64,000 nucleotides of DNA from Paludibacteraceae bacterium (GTDB lineage: Bacteria; Bacteroidota; Bacteroidia; Bacteroidales; Paludibacteraceae). A program made the position numbers and the translations under genes. Below the pieces are notes generated by a model. It saw only the letters and a program-made list of their open reading frames with translations. It had not been told where the DNA came from and searched no databases. Numbering within the stretch: position 1 is the stretch's first letter; each line of letters begins with the position of its first letter. Shown one piece after another: positions 28,186 through 37,918 of the stretch. The DNA lies in contig JAKSNZ010000004.1 of the NCBI GenBank assembly GCA_024405855.1, forward strand, positions 15,650 through 79,649, in the 5' to 3' direction.

Positions 28186-30366
28186 TTAATTTCCCATCTC
28201 TGATATGAACTTGACGCGGATAAGTCTGATTTCCTCTTCAGTAAAGTCTCCTCCAAGTTCTGTCATGGCATCGTCAATGTTGTCTGTTTTGGCATCGCGG
28301 AAGTATTCATAAATATCTTCTGCCTTGTCAGGGTCCATAACGTCATCAATCATATACGATATGTTGATTTTGGTGCCTGAATTTACAATTGCCTCAAGTT
28401 CATCAAGCAGTTCCGGAAGGTCAAGGCCACGGGAAATGGCTATGTCTTCAAGGCTTACACGGCGGTCAATTGCTTGAATTATATATACTTTTTGGGTTGA
28501 TTGGTTAGGCTTGGTGCGTACACGCATATCTTCAGGACGCTCAATCTCATTCTCGTCAACGTGACGCTTTATAAGGTCAATGAAATCCTGTCCGTATCGT
28601 TTGGCTTTACCTGCACCCACACCCGGAATGTTCTGTAATTCCTCAAGGGTAATAGGGTAGGTGGTTGCCATTGACTCAAGTGAAGGGTCTTGGAATATTA
28701 CAAAAGGAGGTACGTTAAGGTGTTTTGACATACGCTTACGCAAATCCTTAAGCATTGAGAAAAGCACCTCATCTGCCGCACCTGAACCACCGCCACGCTT
28801 AATAGGCTCTTCATCATCATCTTCAAAGTCATTGTCCTTTGTAATCATGAATGAGGTTGGGTGGTCAAGGAAATTCAGTCCTGCAGGTGTTATTTTAAGA
28901 ACTCCGTAGTTTTCAATTTCACGCTCAATGAAACCCATAATCATGGCTTGGCGAATTACTGCCTGCCAAACGCTGGTACTCTCACGTTCACCTGCACCAA
29001 AATTCTCAAGTTCATCATGGTGATAGTCTGAAATTTCAGCGTTCTTCTTGCCCATTATAACATTTATAATGTGTTCTGCCTTGAATTTTTCTTTAACTGC
29101 AACAATGGTTTCAAGCACTGTACACAGGAAATCCTGACCTTCAACCTGTTTTTTAGGATGCAGACAGTTATCACAGTTTCCACAGTTCTCTTCAGGATAC
29201 TCCTCACCAAAGTAGTGGAGCAGTAGTTTACGGCGACAAAGATTTGACTCTGCGTATGCTGCTGTTTCAGCAAGCAGTTGTCTGCCAATCTCCTGTTCTG
29301 CAATAGGTTTGCCTTGCATGAACTTTTCAAGTTTCTGCAAATCCTTGTTTGAATAGAAGGCTATGCAAAGCCCCTCTCCGTCATCACGGCCTGCACGTCC
29401 TGTCTCCTGATAGTAGCCTTCAAGGCTCTTTGGAATGTCATAGTGTATTACAAAACGCACATCAGGCTTGTCAATTCCCATACCAAAGGCAATGGTTGCA
29501 ACAATAACCTGAACTTTTTCCATAAGGAAACTATCTTGGTTCTGCGTTCTTTCAGAAGCGTCCATGCCTGCATGATAAGCAAGTGCACTAATGCCGTTAA
29601 CTCTCAGAATCTCAGCCAAATCTTCAACTTTTTTACGGCTGAGGCAATATATGATACCTGATTTTCCCTCTTGCTCTTTAATGAACTTGATAATCTCTCT
29701 ATCAATGTTCTGTGTTTTAGGTCTTACCTCATAATATAGGTTTGGACGGTTGAATGATGACTTAAAGACTGTGGCATCAAGTATTTCAAGTGTCTTTTGT
29801 ATGTCATGTTGCACTTTTGGAGTAGCAGTTGCTGTAAGTGCAATTACGGGTGCTTTGCCAATTTTTTCAATGATAGACCTTATACGCCGATACTCAGGAC
29901 GGAAGTCATGCCCCCATTCTGATATACAGTGAGCCTCATCTACTGCGTAGAAAGAAATTTTTATACCTTGAAGAAAATTTATATTCTCCTCTTTGGTCAG
30001 GGATTCAGGAGCAACATAAAGCAGTTTTGTTCTACCGCTAAGCACGTCTTGTTTGACTTCTTCAATAGCACCTTTTGTAAGTGAGGAGTTTATGAAGTGT
30101 GCAACTCCGTCTTCCTCTGAAAATGAACGCATTGCGTCCACTTGATTCTTCATCAGGGCAATAAGCGGTGATATTACTATTGCCATACCGTCCATAAGTA
30201 GTGAGGGCAACTGATAACACAGTGATTTGCCTCCTCCGGTTGGCATAAGAACAAAAGTGTCTTTGCCATCCAAAAGATTTTGGATGATTGCTTCTTGGTT
30301 TCCTTTGAATGAGTCAAAACCAAAATGAAGCTTTAATGCTTTAAGTAAATTATTTCTTTCCATCAT
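28186..30366 (-). CDS. recQ: ATP-dependent DNA helicase RecQ (canonical; helicase core + RQC + HRDC)
   Basis: FGFDSFKGNQEAII, PTGGGKSLCYQLP, DEAHCISEWGHDFRP, QETGRAGRD, a Zn-binding Cys cluster, and a C-terminal HRDC-like region. 726 aa. Confidence 0.93.
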   Translation of the reverse strand: MMERNNLLKALKLHFGFDSFKGNQEAIIQNLLDGKDTFVLMPTGGGKSLCYQLPSLLMDGMAIVISPLIALMKNQVDAMRSFSEEDGVAHFINSSLTKGAIEEVKQDVLSGRTKLLYVAPESLTKEENINFLQGIKISFYAVDEAHCISEWGHDFRPEYRRIRSIIEKIGKAPVIALTATATPKVQHDIQKTLEILDATVFKSSFNRPNLYYEVRPKTQNIDREIIKFIKEQEGKSGIIYCLSRKKVEDLAEILRVNGISALAYHAGMDASERTQNQDSFLMEKVQVIVATIAFGMGIDKPDVRFVIHYDIPKSLEGYYQETGRAGRDDGEGLCIAFYSNKDLQKLEKFMQGKPIAEQEIGRQLLAETAAYAESNLCRRKLLLHYFGEEYPEENCGNCDNCLHPKKQVEGQDFLCTVLETIVAVKEKFKAEHIINVIMGKKNAEISDYHHDELENFGAGERESTSVWQAVIRQAMIMGFIEREIENYGVLKITPAGLNFLDHPTSFMITKDNDFEDDDEEPIKRGGGSGAADEVLFSMLKDLRKRMSKHLNVPPFVIFQDPSLESMATTYPITLEELQNIPGVGAGKAKRYGQDFIDLIKRHVDENEIERPEDMRVRTKPNQSTQKVYIIQAIDRRVSLEDIAISRGLDLPELLDELEAIVNSGTKINISYMIDDVMDPDKAEDIYEYFRDAKTDNIDDAMTELGGDFTEEEIRLIRVKFISEMGN

Positions 30367-30426
30367 ATCAATAGCAAATATAATAATATTGCTTTGAGTA
30401 TAGGCAAAGATTTATGTTTTTTTACA

Positions 30427-31647
30427 TTATTTAACATTTGCCCTGCTTATTTTCTCTTCTGCAATGGCTTTTGTTATGTGTAATTCCTGAGTTTTCATTG
30501 AAGGTATCTCATACATGAAATCAACCATAACGCTTTCTGCCAATCCTCTTAACCCTCTTGCTCCCAAATTAAACTCTACAGCCTTGTCAACAATGTAGTC
30601 AAGGGCGTCATCGTCAAAAATAAGGTTTACACCATCCATTTTGAACAATTTTATATATTGCTTTGTTATGGCATTCTTAGGTTCTGTCAAAATGCGGCGT
30701 AACGCTTTTTTGTCAAGTGGGTTAAGGTGTGTAACCACTGGCAGACGGCCTATAATCTCAGGTATAAGTCCAAAAGACTTGAGGTCTTGCGGGGTTATGT
30801 ATTGAATCATGTTATCCTTGTCAATCTTTTGTGTTTTGGCTTGTGCTCCGTAGCCTACAAGACGGGTGTTCAGTCTTGAACCTATCTTTTGCTCAATGCC
30901 TGAGAACGCACCTCCGCAAATAAACAGAATGTTTTGAGTGTCAACGGGTATCATTTTTTGCTCAGGGTGCTTTCTTCCACCTTGTGGCGGAACGTTTACA
31001 ACAGAGCCTTCAAGCAGTTTGAGTAGTCCTTGCTGCACACCTTCACCGCTGACATCACGGGTAATGGAAGGGTTGTCTCCCTTGCGTGCAATTTTGTCAA
31101 TCTCATCAATGAATACAATGCCTCTCTCCGCTGCAGGTACGTCATAATCACTTACTTGCAGAAGTCTGGTAAGTATGCTTTCTATGTCCTCTCCCACATA
31201 TCCCGCTTGGGTGAATACGGTGGCGTCAACAATGGTGAAAGGCACATTAAGTTTTTTTGCAATGGTTTTTGCAAGCAGTGTCTTGCCTGTTCCTGTTGAG
31301 CCTATAAGAATTATGTTTGATTTTTCAATCTCAACATCGTCTCCTTGATTCTTATCCTGAAGTAGACGCTTATAGTGGTTGTAAACTGCTACACAAAGGC
31401 TTTTCTTGGCATCGTCCTGACCAATTACATATCCGTCAAGAAACTCTTTAAGTTCCTTTGGCTTAGGAAGTTCTGTAAGTTTTACATCAAACTTTGAACT
31501 TTTTTGGGTGTGTTCCTGTACAATCTCCGATGCTCTTTCAACGCAGTCACTGCAAATATTGCCCGTTGCTCCATATATAAGAAAAGGCACCTCTTTTTCT
31601 TTCCTTCCGCAAAAACTGCAGTATTCCTCTTTCTTTTGTTGTGGCAT
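30427..31647 (-). CDS. clpX: ATP-dependent Clp protease ATP-binding subunit ClpX
   Basis: N-terminal zinc finger CSFCGR...CSDC, Walker A GSTGTGKT, Walker B VFIDEIDK. Confidence 0.95.
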   Translation of the reverse strand: MPQQKKEEYCSFCGRKEKEVPFLIYGATGNICSDCVERASEIVQEHTQKSSKFDVKLTELPKPKELKEFLDGYVIGQDDAKKSLCVAVYNHYKRLLQDKNQGDDVEIEKSNIILIGSTGTGKTLLAKTIAKKLNVPFTIVDATVFTQAGYVGEDIESILTRLLQVSDYDVPAAERGIVFIDEIDKIARKGDNPSITRDVSGEGVQQGLLKLLEGSVVNVPPQGGRKHPEQKMIPVDTQNILFICGGAFSGIEQKIGSRLNTRLVGYGAQAKTQKIDKDNMIQYITPQDLKSFGLIPEIIGRLPVVTHLNPLDKKALRRILTEPKNAITKQYIKLFKMDGVNLIFDDDALDYIVDKAVEFNLGARGLRGLAESVMVDFMYEIPSMKTQELHITKAIAEEKISRANVK

Positions 31648-32324
31648 TATTTTTTAGGTTTAATTAGCACTTCATCAATCATACCATATTCCTTTGCCTC
31701 TTGAGCGGTCATCCAATAGTCTCGGTCAGAATCCTTTTCAATCTGCTCATAAGGTTTTCCTGAATGTTCTGCAATAATGGTGTACAGTTCCTTCTTGAGT
31801 TTCTGAATCTCTCTTGCGGTAATCTCAATATCGGAGGCTTGACCTTGTGCACCGCCCATAGGCTGGTGAATCATAATTCTGGAGTGCTTCAATGCTGAAC
31901 GCTTGCCTTTTGCTCCGGCTGTCATAAGCACTGCTCCCATTGATGCCGCCATTCCTGTGCAGATGGTGGCAACATCGCTCTGAATGAACTGCATTGTGTC
32001 ATAAATGCCAAGTCCGGCATATACGCTGCCGCCAGGGGTGTTCAGATATATTGAAATATCTTTGCCTGGGTCTGCAGAATCAAGATAGAGCAGTTGGGCT
32101 TGTATTACATTAGCGGTATAGTCATCAATTTGTGTGCCAAGGAAAATGATTCTGTCCATCATCAAACGGGAGAATACATCCATTTGAGCCACATTCAGTT
32201 GACGTTCCTCTATGATTGTAGGGTTAATGTAACTGTAACTGCTTGTAATTTTCATGTAGTCATCAAGGGCAAGTGAGTTCAAGCCAAGATGCTTTGTTGC
32301 AAAGTCCTTAAATTCGTTTTTCAT
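31647..32324 (-). CDS. clpP: ATP-dependent Clp protease proteolytic subunit ClpP
   Basis: GMAASMGA (active-site Ser) and IMIHQP (His). It overlaps the clpX start by 1 nt. Confidence 0.95.
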   Translation of the reverse strand: MKNEFKDFATKHLGLNSLALDDYMKITSSYSYINPTIIEERQLNVAQMDVFSRLMMDRIIFLGTQIDDYTANVIQAQLLYLDSADPGKDISIYLNTPGGSVYAGLGIYDTMQFIQSDVATICTGMAASMGAVLMTAGAKGKRSALKHSRIMIHQPMGGAQGQASDIEITAREIQKLKKELYTIIAEHSGKPYEQIEKDSDRDYWMTAQEAKEYGMIDEVLIKPKK

Positions 32325-32344
32325 AATATACGTATAGTTTTTTG

Positions 32345-32352
32345 CAAATATA
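32345..32352 (-). promoter_or_regulatory. -7 box TATATTTG (minus strand), clpP-clpX promoter
   Basis: The plus strand reads CAAATATA, 21 nt upstream of the clpP ATG. Confidence 0.5.
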
Positions 32353-32366
32353 AGTCAATTATTGAT

Positions 32367-32399
32367 AAAAAAAAAGAATTTTCCTTACAGAAAATTCTC
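32367..32399 (-). terminator. Intrinsic terminator after tig
   Basis: The minus strand reads AGAATTTTC-tgtaag-GAAAATTCT followed by a T9 run. Confidence 0.75.
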
Positions 32400-32460
32400 T
32401 TTTTCATAATCTCCTGTAAAAGGAGAAATATTTTTAATTAGTTTGAAAAGAATTTCAGAA

Positions 32461-33813
32461 TCAGCTAAAGAATTTGTTAAACTCTTCAAATGATACAGTC
32501 TTGTCTGAGATTGTAACTTTCTCTTTAAGGACATCCATAACCTTGTTCTCAAATGCACGCTCAGTGGCAGTCTTCTTGCCGTCTTTGTTGGCAAGCATCT
32601 CCTTAACGTAGTTGTCAATAATGTCATCAGGAACACTCAACATACCGTATTGTGCAAATTGTGCAAGTGCCTGTCTTTTTGCAACAGCCTTAACGTCAGC
32701 CTCTTCAACTTTAACGTTAGCGGCTTTAGCGGTTTTGTCAGTGTAAAGTTGCCATTTAAGGTCATCAAGAAGTTTTGAGAACTCTGCGGCAATCTTTTCA
32801 TCAGTCATATCCTTATTGGTCTCCTTAAGCCAGCGTTTCAAGAAATCCTCAGGGAATTTAACATTTTTAAGTCCTTTAATTACAAGGGCTTTCATATCAA
32901 GAATAAATTTAATGTCAGAATCTGAAACAAACTGTTTCTCAAGGTCTGCCTTAATTCTTGCCTCAAACTCTTCAGCACTCTTAACTGCATCCTTGCCAAA
33001 GCAGTTGTCAAAGAACTCTTGGTTCATTTCAGCCTGCTCATATCTTGTAATCTCCTTAATGGTAAATCTTACATCTGATTTGAAGTTCTTGGCTGCCTCC
33101 TTCTCAATTTTAAGCAACGATGCCAACTCAACCTCACTGCTGTCAAATGCCTTTGCAGGGTTGAAGTCAAAACTTTCACCAATCTTCTTGCCGGCACACT
33201 TCTTCTGCTCGTCGGCGTTTCTCATATAAGTTGGGCTTACCATAGCGTCTTCAACGCTTACTCCACCCTCCTTAACATTGCCTTTTTCATCAAGTTCAAC
33301 AAGGTTGCCTTTTATTACATCCTTGTCCTCTGTTTTCTCAGCCTTGACATATTTGCCAAATCTGCCTCTGTATGATGCAGTCTGCTGGTCAATCATCTTC
33401 TTGTCAACATCTATTTTATAATAGGTGAGTTTGTCCTTCTTGGTAAGTTCAAGGTCAAGTGCAGGGGCAATGGCAATATCAAATGAGAAAGCAAACTCAT
33501 TACCCTCAATAAGTTCAGGTGTCTGATAGCCTACGGTTGGAAGAGGCTCTCCCAAAATGTCTATCTTATTGTCAGTGATATGCTTGTAAAGGGCTTCTGA
33601 AATAAGTTTGTTTACCTCTTCAGCAAGGAAAGAGGTGCCAAATCTCTTTTTAATCAGCGATGCAGGAACTGTTCCTGGACGGAAACCTGGCATCTGAGCC
33701 TTTTTTCTGTAATCTTTGATTGCCTTTTCAACCGCTGGGTTGTAGTCTGCAGGAGTAACGGTTACCAAAAGGGTAGCGTTAACTGCGTCTTGATTGTTTT
33801 GAAGAACGTTCAT
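32461..33813 (-). CDS. tig: Trigger factor
   Basis: 450 aa with the N-terminal ribosome-binding region GFRPGTVP, and it lies upstream of clpP-clpX as in many bacteria. Confidence 0.9.
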   Translation of the reverse strand: MNVLQNNQDAVNATLLVTVTPADYNPAVEKAIKDYRKKAQMPGFRPGTVPASLIKKRFGTSFLAEEVNKLISEALYKHITDNKIDILGEPLPTVGYQTPELIEGNEFAFSFDIAIAPALDLELTKKDKLTYYKIDVDKKMIDQQTASYRGRFGKYVKAEKTEDKDVIKGNLVELDEKGNVKEGGVSVEDAMVSPTYMRNADEQKKCAGKKIGESFDFNPAKAFDSSEVELASLLKIEKEAAKNFKSDVRFTIKEITRYEQAEMNQEFFDNCFGKDAVKSAEEFEARIKADLEKQFVSDSDIKFILDMKALVIKGLKNVKFPEDFLKRWLKETNKDMTDEKIAAEFSKLLDDLKWQLYTDKTAKAANVKVEEADVKAVAKRQALAQFAQYGMLSVPDDIIDNYVKEMLANKDGKKTATERAFENKVMDVLKEKVTISDKTVSFEEFNKFFS

Positions 33814-33827
33814 AGTTTATAAATGTT

Positions 33828-33865
33828 GGTGAATCGGTTAATCGGTGAACCGGTGAATCGATTCT
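33828..33865. repeat. Tandem 7/8-nt units of the GGTGAATC/CGGTGAA type upstream of tig
   Basis: Sequence ggtgaatcggttaatcggtgaaccggtgaatcgattc, the same word family as the array inside ldcA. Confidence 0.7.
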
Positions 33866-33922
33866 TTGTTTAGTTAATCTAAAAGAAAGCACCCTTAGGT
33901 GGGGTAAAACAATGTGCGATAG

Positions 33923-33960
33923 CACTAAAAAAGTGAAACTTGAGTTTCACTTTTTTAGTG
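33923..33960. terminator. Perfect 17-bp palindrome (bidirectional terminator-like) immediately 3' of tRNA-Leu
   Basis: CACTAAAAAAGTGAAAC-ttga-GTTTCACTTTTTTAGTG. A T-run follows the stem on the plus strand, and the T6 run lies within the 3' arm on either strand. Confidence 0.75.
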
Positions 33961-34041
33961 CGGATGACGGGACTCGAACCCACACGTCGCAAGACACTAG
34001 ATCCTAAGTCTAGCGCGGCTACCAATTACGCCACATCCGCT
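33960..34041 (-). tRNA. tRNA-Leu (anticodon UAG), class II with a long variable arm
   Basis: The reverse complement folds as acceptor GCGGATG/CATCCGC, anticodon stem CTAGA/TCTAG with loop CTTAGGA (anticodon TAG), a 13-nt variable arm and T-loop TTCGAGT. CCA is not encoded. Position 73 reads C, so the 3' boundary is uncertain by 1 nt. Confidence 0.85.
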
Positions 34042-34100
34042 TTTGGGACTGCAAAGATAAGACACTTTTTTTAATTGTGCAAAAAAAATTGCTAAATGTC

Positions 34101-34397
34101 TTAAAAATCCAAACACATTCTTACTTCAGTGAACGGTCTGACTTTAGTATTTGCAACCTCAACATGCAGAGGATTAACTGAATATGCCTTTAGAGCGGCA
34201 TAATCTGTAAATGATGACTCAAGCATTACATCGGCATTTGATGTTTCAAGTCCGTTTATGTGAACCTGAATGTCCACAATGCCAGGAACTTTGCCTTTCA
34301 AGCCCTCAAGCCCTGCCTTTATTTCTTTCTTGACTTCCTGACGCTGAGCATCAGAAAGTTCTGTTTTCAATTTCCAAAGTATAATATGCCTAACCAT
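34101..34397 (-). CDS. Dabb-family stress-responsive alpha/beta-barrel protein
   Basis: 98 aa; MVRHIILWKLK start and overall pattern typical of Dabb. Confidence 0.75.
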   Translation of the reverse strand: MVRHIILWKLKTELSDAQRQEVKKEIKAGLEGLKGKVPGIVDIQVHINGLETSNADVMLESSFTDYAALKAYSVNPLHVEVANTKVRPFTEVRMCLDF

Positions 34398-34436
34398 AAT
34401 GTATACTCCAAAGGTTCAAAACTTTAAGACAGGGTC

Positions 34437-36041
34437 TTAAAGTTTTGGACCAGCGGCAACTAATGCTTTACCAGCGGCATTGCCGGTGTACTTGTCAAAG
34501 TTCTTGATGAAGCGTGAAGCAAGGTCTTTAGCCTTCTCTTCCCACTCACATGCACACTTGTAAGTGTCACGTGGGTCAAGAATGTTAGGGTCAACACCTG
34601 GAAGTGCTGTAGGTACCTCAAAGTCAAACATAGGAATCTTCTTTGTAGGAGCAGTCTTGATGGCACCGCCAAGAATTGCGTCAATGATACCACGAGTATC
34701 GCGGATAGAGATACGCTTGCCTGTTCCGTTCCAGCCTGTGTTAACAAGATATGCCTTAGCACCTGATTTCTCCATTTTCTTTACAAGCTCCTCAGCATAC
34801 TTTGTTGGGTGAAGCTCAAGGAATGCCTGACCAAAGCAAGCGGAGAATGTAGGAGTAGGCTCTGTAATGCCACGCTCTGTACCTGCAAGCTTAGCGGTGA
34901 ATCCACTTAAGAAGTAATATTTTGTCTGCTCCGGTGTAAGAATAGATACTGGAGGCAGTACGCCAAATGCATCAGCAGATAGGAATATAACGTTCTGTGC
35001 TGCAGGTGCTGCAGAAATAGGTGTCTGAATGTTCTTAATGTGATTGATTGGGTAAGATACACGTGTGTTCTCTGTTACGCTCTTATCGGCAAAGTCAATC
35101 TTACCGTTTGCATCAACTGTAACGTTCTCAAGAAGTGCGTTACGCTTGATGGCATTGTAGATATCAGGCTCGCTATCCTTATCAAGGTTGATAACCTTAG
35201 CATAGCAACCACCCTCAAAGTTGAATACGCCCTTGTCATCCCAGCCGTGCTCATCGTCACCAATAAGTTTACGTTTAGGGTCTGTAGAAAGGGTTGTCTT
35301 ACCTGTTCCTGAAAGACCAAAGAAAATGGCTGTCTCTTTGCCTTCCATGTTACAGTTAGCGGAGCAGTGCATTGAAGCAATGCCTTGAAGAGGAAGATAG
35401 TAGTTCATCATTGAGAACATACCTTTCTTCATTTCACCGCCGTACCATGTGTTGATGATAACCTGCTCACGTGATGTTACATTGAATGCAACGCATGTCT
35501 CAGAGTTAAGTCCAAGTTCCTTGTAGTTCTCAACTTTTGCCTTAGAAGCGTTGTATATTACAAAGTTAGGTTCAAAGTTTGCAAGTTCCTCAGCTGATGG
35601 CTGAATAAACATGTTCTTTACAAAGTGAGCCTGCCAAGCAACCTCAACAATGAAGCGGACTGCCATACGGGTATCTTTGTTAGCACCGCAGAAAGCGTCA
35701 ACTACATAAAGTTCCTTGTTGCAAAGTTCTTTCTTTGCTATCTCTTTAACTGTAGCCCAAACCTCTTCTGACATTGGGTGGTTGTCATTCTTGTATGAGT
35801 CAGATGTCCACCAAACTGTGTCTTTTGACTTAGCGTCCATAACAATGTATTTATCTTTAGGAGAACGTCCTGTATAAACACCTGTCATAACGTTTACTGC
35901 ACCAAGTTCTGTCTCTTGACCTTTGTCAAACCCTGTCAGTCCTGCTTTTGTTTCAGCAGCAAACAACTCCTCATAAGAAGGGTTGTGTCCTATCACTGTT
36001 GCTCCAGTGATACCGTACTTTGTTAAATCTAAATTTGCCAT
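34437..36041 (-). CDS. pckA: Phosphoenolpyruvate carboxykinase (ATP)
   Basis: [11 protein letters not shown] kinase-1a motif and LIGDDEHGW. 534 aa. Confidence 0.95.
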   Translation of the reverse strand: MANLDLTKYGITGATVIGHNPSYEELFAAETKAGLTGFDKGQETELGAVNVMTGVYTGRSPKDKYIVMDAKSKDTVWWTSDSYKNDNHPMSEEVWATVKEIAKKELCNKELYVVDAFCGANKDTRMAVRFIVEVAWQAHFVKNMFIQPSAEELANFEPNFVIYNASKAKVENYKELGLNSETCVAFNVTSREQVIINTWYGGEMKKGMFSMMNYYLPLQGIASMHCSANCNMEGKETAIFFGLSGTGKTTLSTDPKRKLIGDDEHGWDDKGVFNFEGGCYAKVINLDKDSEPDIYNAIKRNALLENVTVDANGKIDFADKSVTENTRVSYPINHIKNIQTPISAAPAAQNVIFLSADAFGVLPPVSILTPEQTKYYFLSGFTAKLAGTERGITEPTPTFSACFGQAFLELHPTKYAEELVKKMEKSGAKAYLVNTGWNGTGKRISIRDTRGIIDAILGGAIKTAPTKKIPMFDFEVPTALPGVDPNILDPRDTYKCACEWEEKAKDLASRFIKNFDKYTGNAAGKALVAAGPKL

Positions 36042-36050
36042 AATATAATT

Positions 36051-36078
36051 AATAGTTAATAGTTGAAAGTTGAATACC
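36051..36078. repeat. 4 tandem heptamers (AATAGTT AATAGTT GAAAGTT GAATACC) just upstream of the pckA start
   Basis: Read directly. Same word family as the arrays at 21274 and 23231. Confidence 0.7.
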
Positions 36079-36095
36079 CCTTAATTACCAAGTTG

Positions 36096-36103
36096 CAAAT
36101 TTA
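36096..36103 (-). promoter_or_regulatory. -7 box TAAATTTG (minus strand), pckA promoter
   Basis: The plus strand reads CAAATTTA, 55 nt upstream of the pckA ATG. Confidence 0.5.
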
Positions 36104-36177
36104 TGAATTTTTTTTCAATATACAGCCTTATGTTTGCATTTTTATAAAAATTATTTTCAAGAAATAATATTTTGCAC

Positions 36178-36185
36178 TATATTTG
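36178..36185 (+). promoter_or_regulatory. -7 box TATATTTG, metK promoter
   Basis: Exact TAnnTTTG match 64 nt upstream of the metK ATG. Confidence 0.5.
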
Positions 36186-36248
36186 CAATGTAAAATAGTG
36201 TGGAGAGATTTGTATGCTTGCAACCACACCTATAAAAAATGCTAAAAA

Positions 36249-37469
36249 ATGAATTACCTGTTTACTTCAGAGTCAGTATCGGCAGGGCATCCTGATAAGG
36301 TTGCCGACCAAATTTCAGATGCTTTGCTTGATAATTTCATAGCCTTGGACCCGCAGTCTCATGTGGCTTGTGAAACGCTTGTAACTACAGGACAAGTGGT
36401 GCTTGCCGGTGAGGTTACAACAGACGGCTATGTTGATGTGCAGAAGGTTGCACGTGATGTTATTGACCGCATAGGTTACAATAAGAGTGACTATATGTTT
36501 GAGGCTCAGTCATGTGGCGTACTTTCCTCAATTCATGAGCAGAGTGCTGACATAAACCGTGGTGTAAGTCGTCAGAACCCTATGGAACAAGGTGCTGGTG
36601 ACCAAGGTATTATGTTTGGTTATGCTTGTTCTGAAACCAAGAACTATATGCCTGTCACCCTTGACATGGCACACGCTATTCTTAAGGAACTTGATGTGTT
36701 GAGAAAGGAGGGTAAGCAGATGCCGTATCTCCGCCCCGATGCCAAAAGTCAGGTTACCGTTGAGTATTCAGAGGATGGAAAACCGCTCCGCATTGATGCC
36801 ATTGTGGTTTCAACCCAACATGATGAGTTTGATACCGATGATGAACGCATGCTCAACCGCATAAAAGATGATGTAAAAAACATTCTGTTGCCACGCGTTT
36901 TTGCAAAGGACAAGGCGTATGCGGCTCTTAATAAGGGAGATTTCAAACTGTTTGTAAACCCTACAGGCAAGTTTGTAATTGGAGGTCCCCACGGCGATAC
37001 CGGACTTACAGGCAGAAAAATCATTGTTGACACCTACGGAGGCAGAGGAGCCCACGGAGGCGGTGCATTTTCAGGAAAAGACCCTTCAAAGGTTGACCGC
37101 AGTGGTGCTTACGCAGCCCGCCATATTGCAAAAAACTTAGTTGCCGCAGGTGTTTGTGATGAGGTTTTGGTGCAGGTGGCATACGCCATAGGTGTGGCAG
37201 AACCTGTGAGCCTTTATATAAACACTTATGGTACAAATAAATCAAAACGTTCCGATGCTGAAATAGCGGCAAAGGTGCTTGAACTATTTGATATGCGTCC
37301 GTACGCCATAGAGCAGCGTCTAAAACTGAGAAACCCTATTTATGAGGAGACGGCATCGTACGGACACTTTGGAAGGGAGTCTAAGATAGTTACCAAGTTT
37401 GGCAAACAAGTGGAACTATTCACTTGGGAGAAACTTGATGCAATAGAACTAATTAAAGAAAAAATATGA
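36249..37469 (+). CDS. metK: S-adenosylmethionine synthase
   Basis: [48 protein letters not shown]. Confidence 0.95.
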   Translation: MNYLFTSESVSAGHPDKVADQISDALLDNFIALDPQSHVACETLVTTGQVVLAGEVTTDGYVDVQKVARDVIDRIGYNKSDYMFEAQSCGVLSSIHEQSADINRGVSRQNPMEQGAGDQGIMFGYACSETKNYMPVTLDMAHAILKELDVLRKEGKQMPYLRPDAKSQVTVEYSEDGKPLRIDAIVVSTQHDEFDTDDERMLNRIKDDVKNILLPRVFAKDKAYAALNKGDFKLFVNPTGKFVIGGPHGDTGLTGRKIIVDTYGGRGAHGGGAFSGKDPSKVDRSGAYAARHIAKNLVAAGVCDEVLVQVAYAIGVAEPVSLYINTYGTNKSKRSDAEIAAKVLELFDMRPYAIEQRLKLRNPIYEETASYGHFGRESKIVTKFGKQVELFTWEKLDAIELIKEKI

Positions 37470-37918
37470 AAGATTTATCTACACTAAGCATTGGCATAGC
37501 ATCAGACCATGCAGGTTTTATGCTTAAAGAGTATGTAAAAGAGTACCTTAAAGGTAAAGTTTTTGAAATGATTGACTTTGGTACCAATTCAGAGGAGAGT
37601 TGTGACTACCCTGATTTTGGTCATAAGCTTGGCTCTGCCGTCAATGAGGGTAAGGTTAATTTTGGAATTGCAATTTGTGGTAGCGGAAACGGTATCAGTA
37701 TGACTGTCAATAAGTATCGTAATGTACGTGCCGCACTTTGTTGGAAGGCTGAAATCACTAAACTTGCCCGTCAGCACAACGATGCCAACATAATATCCCT
37801 GCCTGCACGTTTCATTTCAGAGGCAGAGGCTGAAACTTTCCTTGATATTTTCTTCAGCACAGATTTTGAGGGCGGACGCCATGAACGCAGAGTAACCAAA
37901 ATAGCGCAGACTCTATAG
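37466..37918 (+). CDS. rpiB: Ribose-5-phosphate isomerase B (RpiB/LacA/LacB family)
   Basis: [10 protein letters not shown] and [14 protein letters not shown] motifs. ATGA overlap with metK. Confidence 0.9.
   Translation: MKDLSTLSIGIASDHAGFMLKEYVKEYLKGKVFEMIDFGTNSEESCDYPDFGHKLGSAVNEGKVNFGIAICGSGNGISMTVNKYRNVRAALCWKAEITKLARQHNDANIISLPARFISEAEAETFLDIFFSTDFEGGRHERRVTKIAQTL

Noticed and set aside
32385-32636. 83-aa ORF overlapping the tig 3' end and the tig terminator.
   Set aside because: It is out of frame with tig on the same strand and runs through the terminator hairpin. It is a shadow ORF.
33960-34041. The tRNA-Leu discriminator position reads C rather than the usual A, with two G.U pairs in the T-stem. 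Is it a pseudo-tRNA?
   Set aside because: The acceptor, anticodon and variable arms are otherwise perfect, and it is followed by a strong terminator. Without tRNAscan-SE I cannot call it defective, so it is kept as a functional tRNA with the 3' boundary uncertain by 1 nt.
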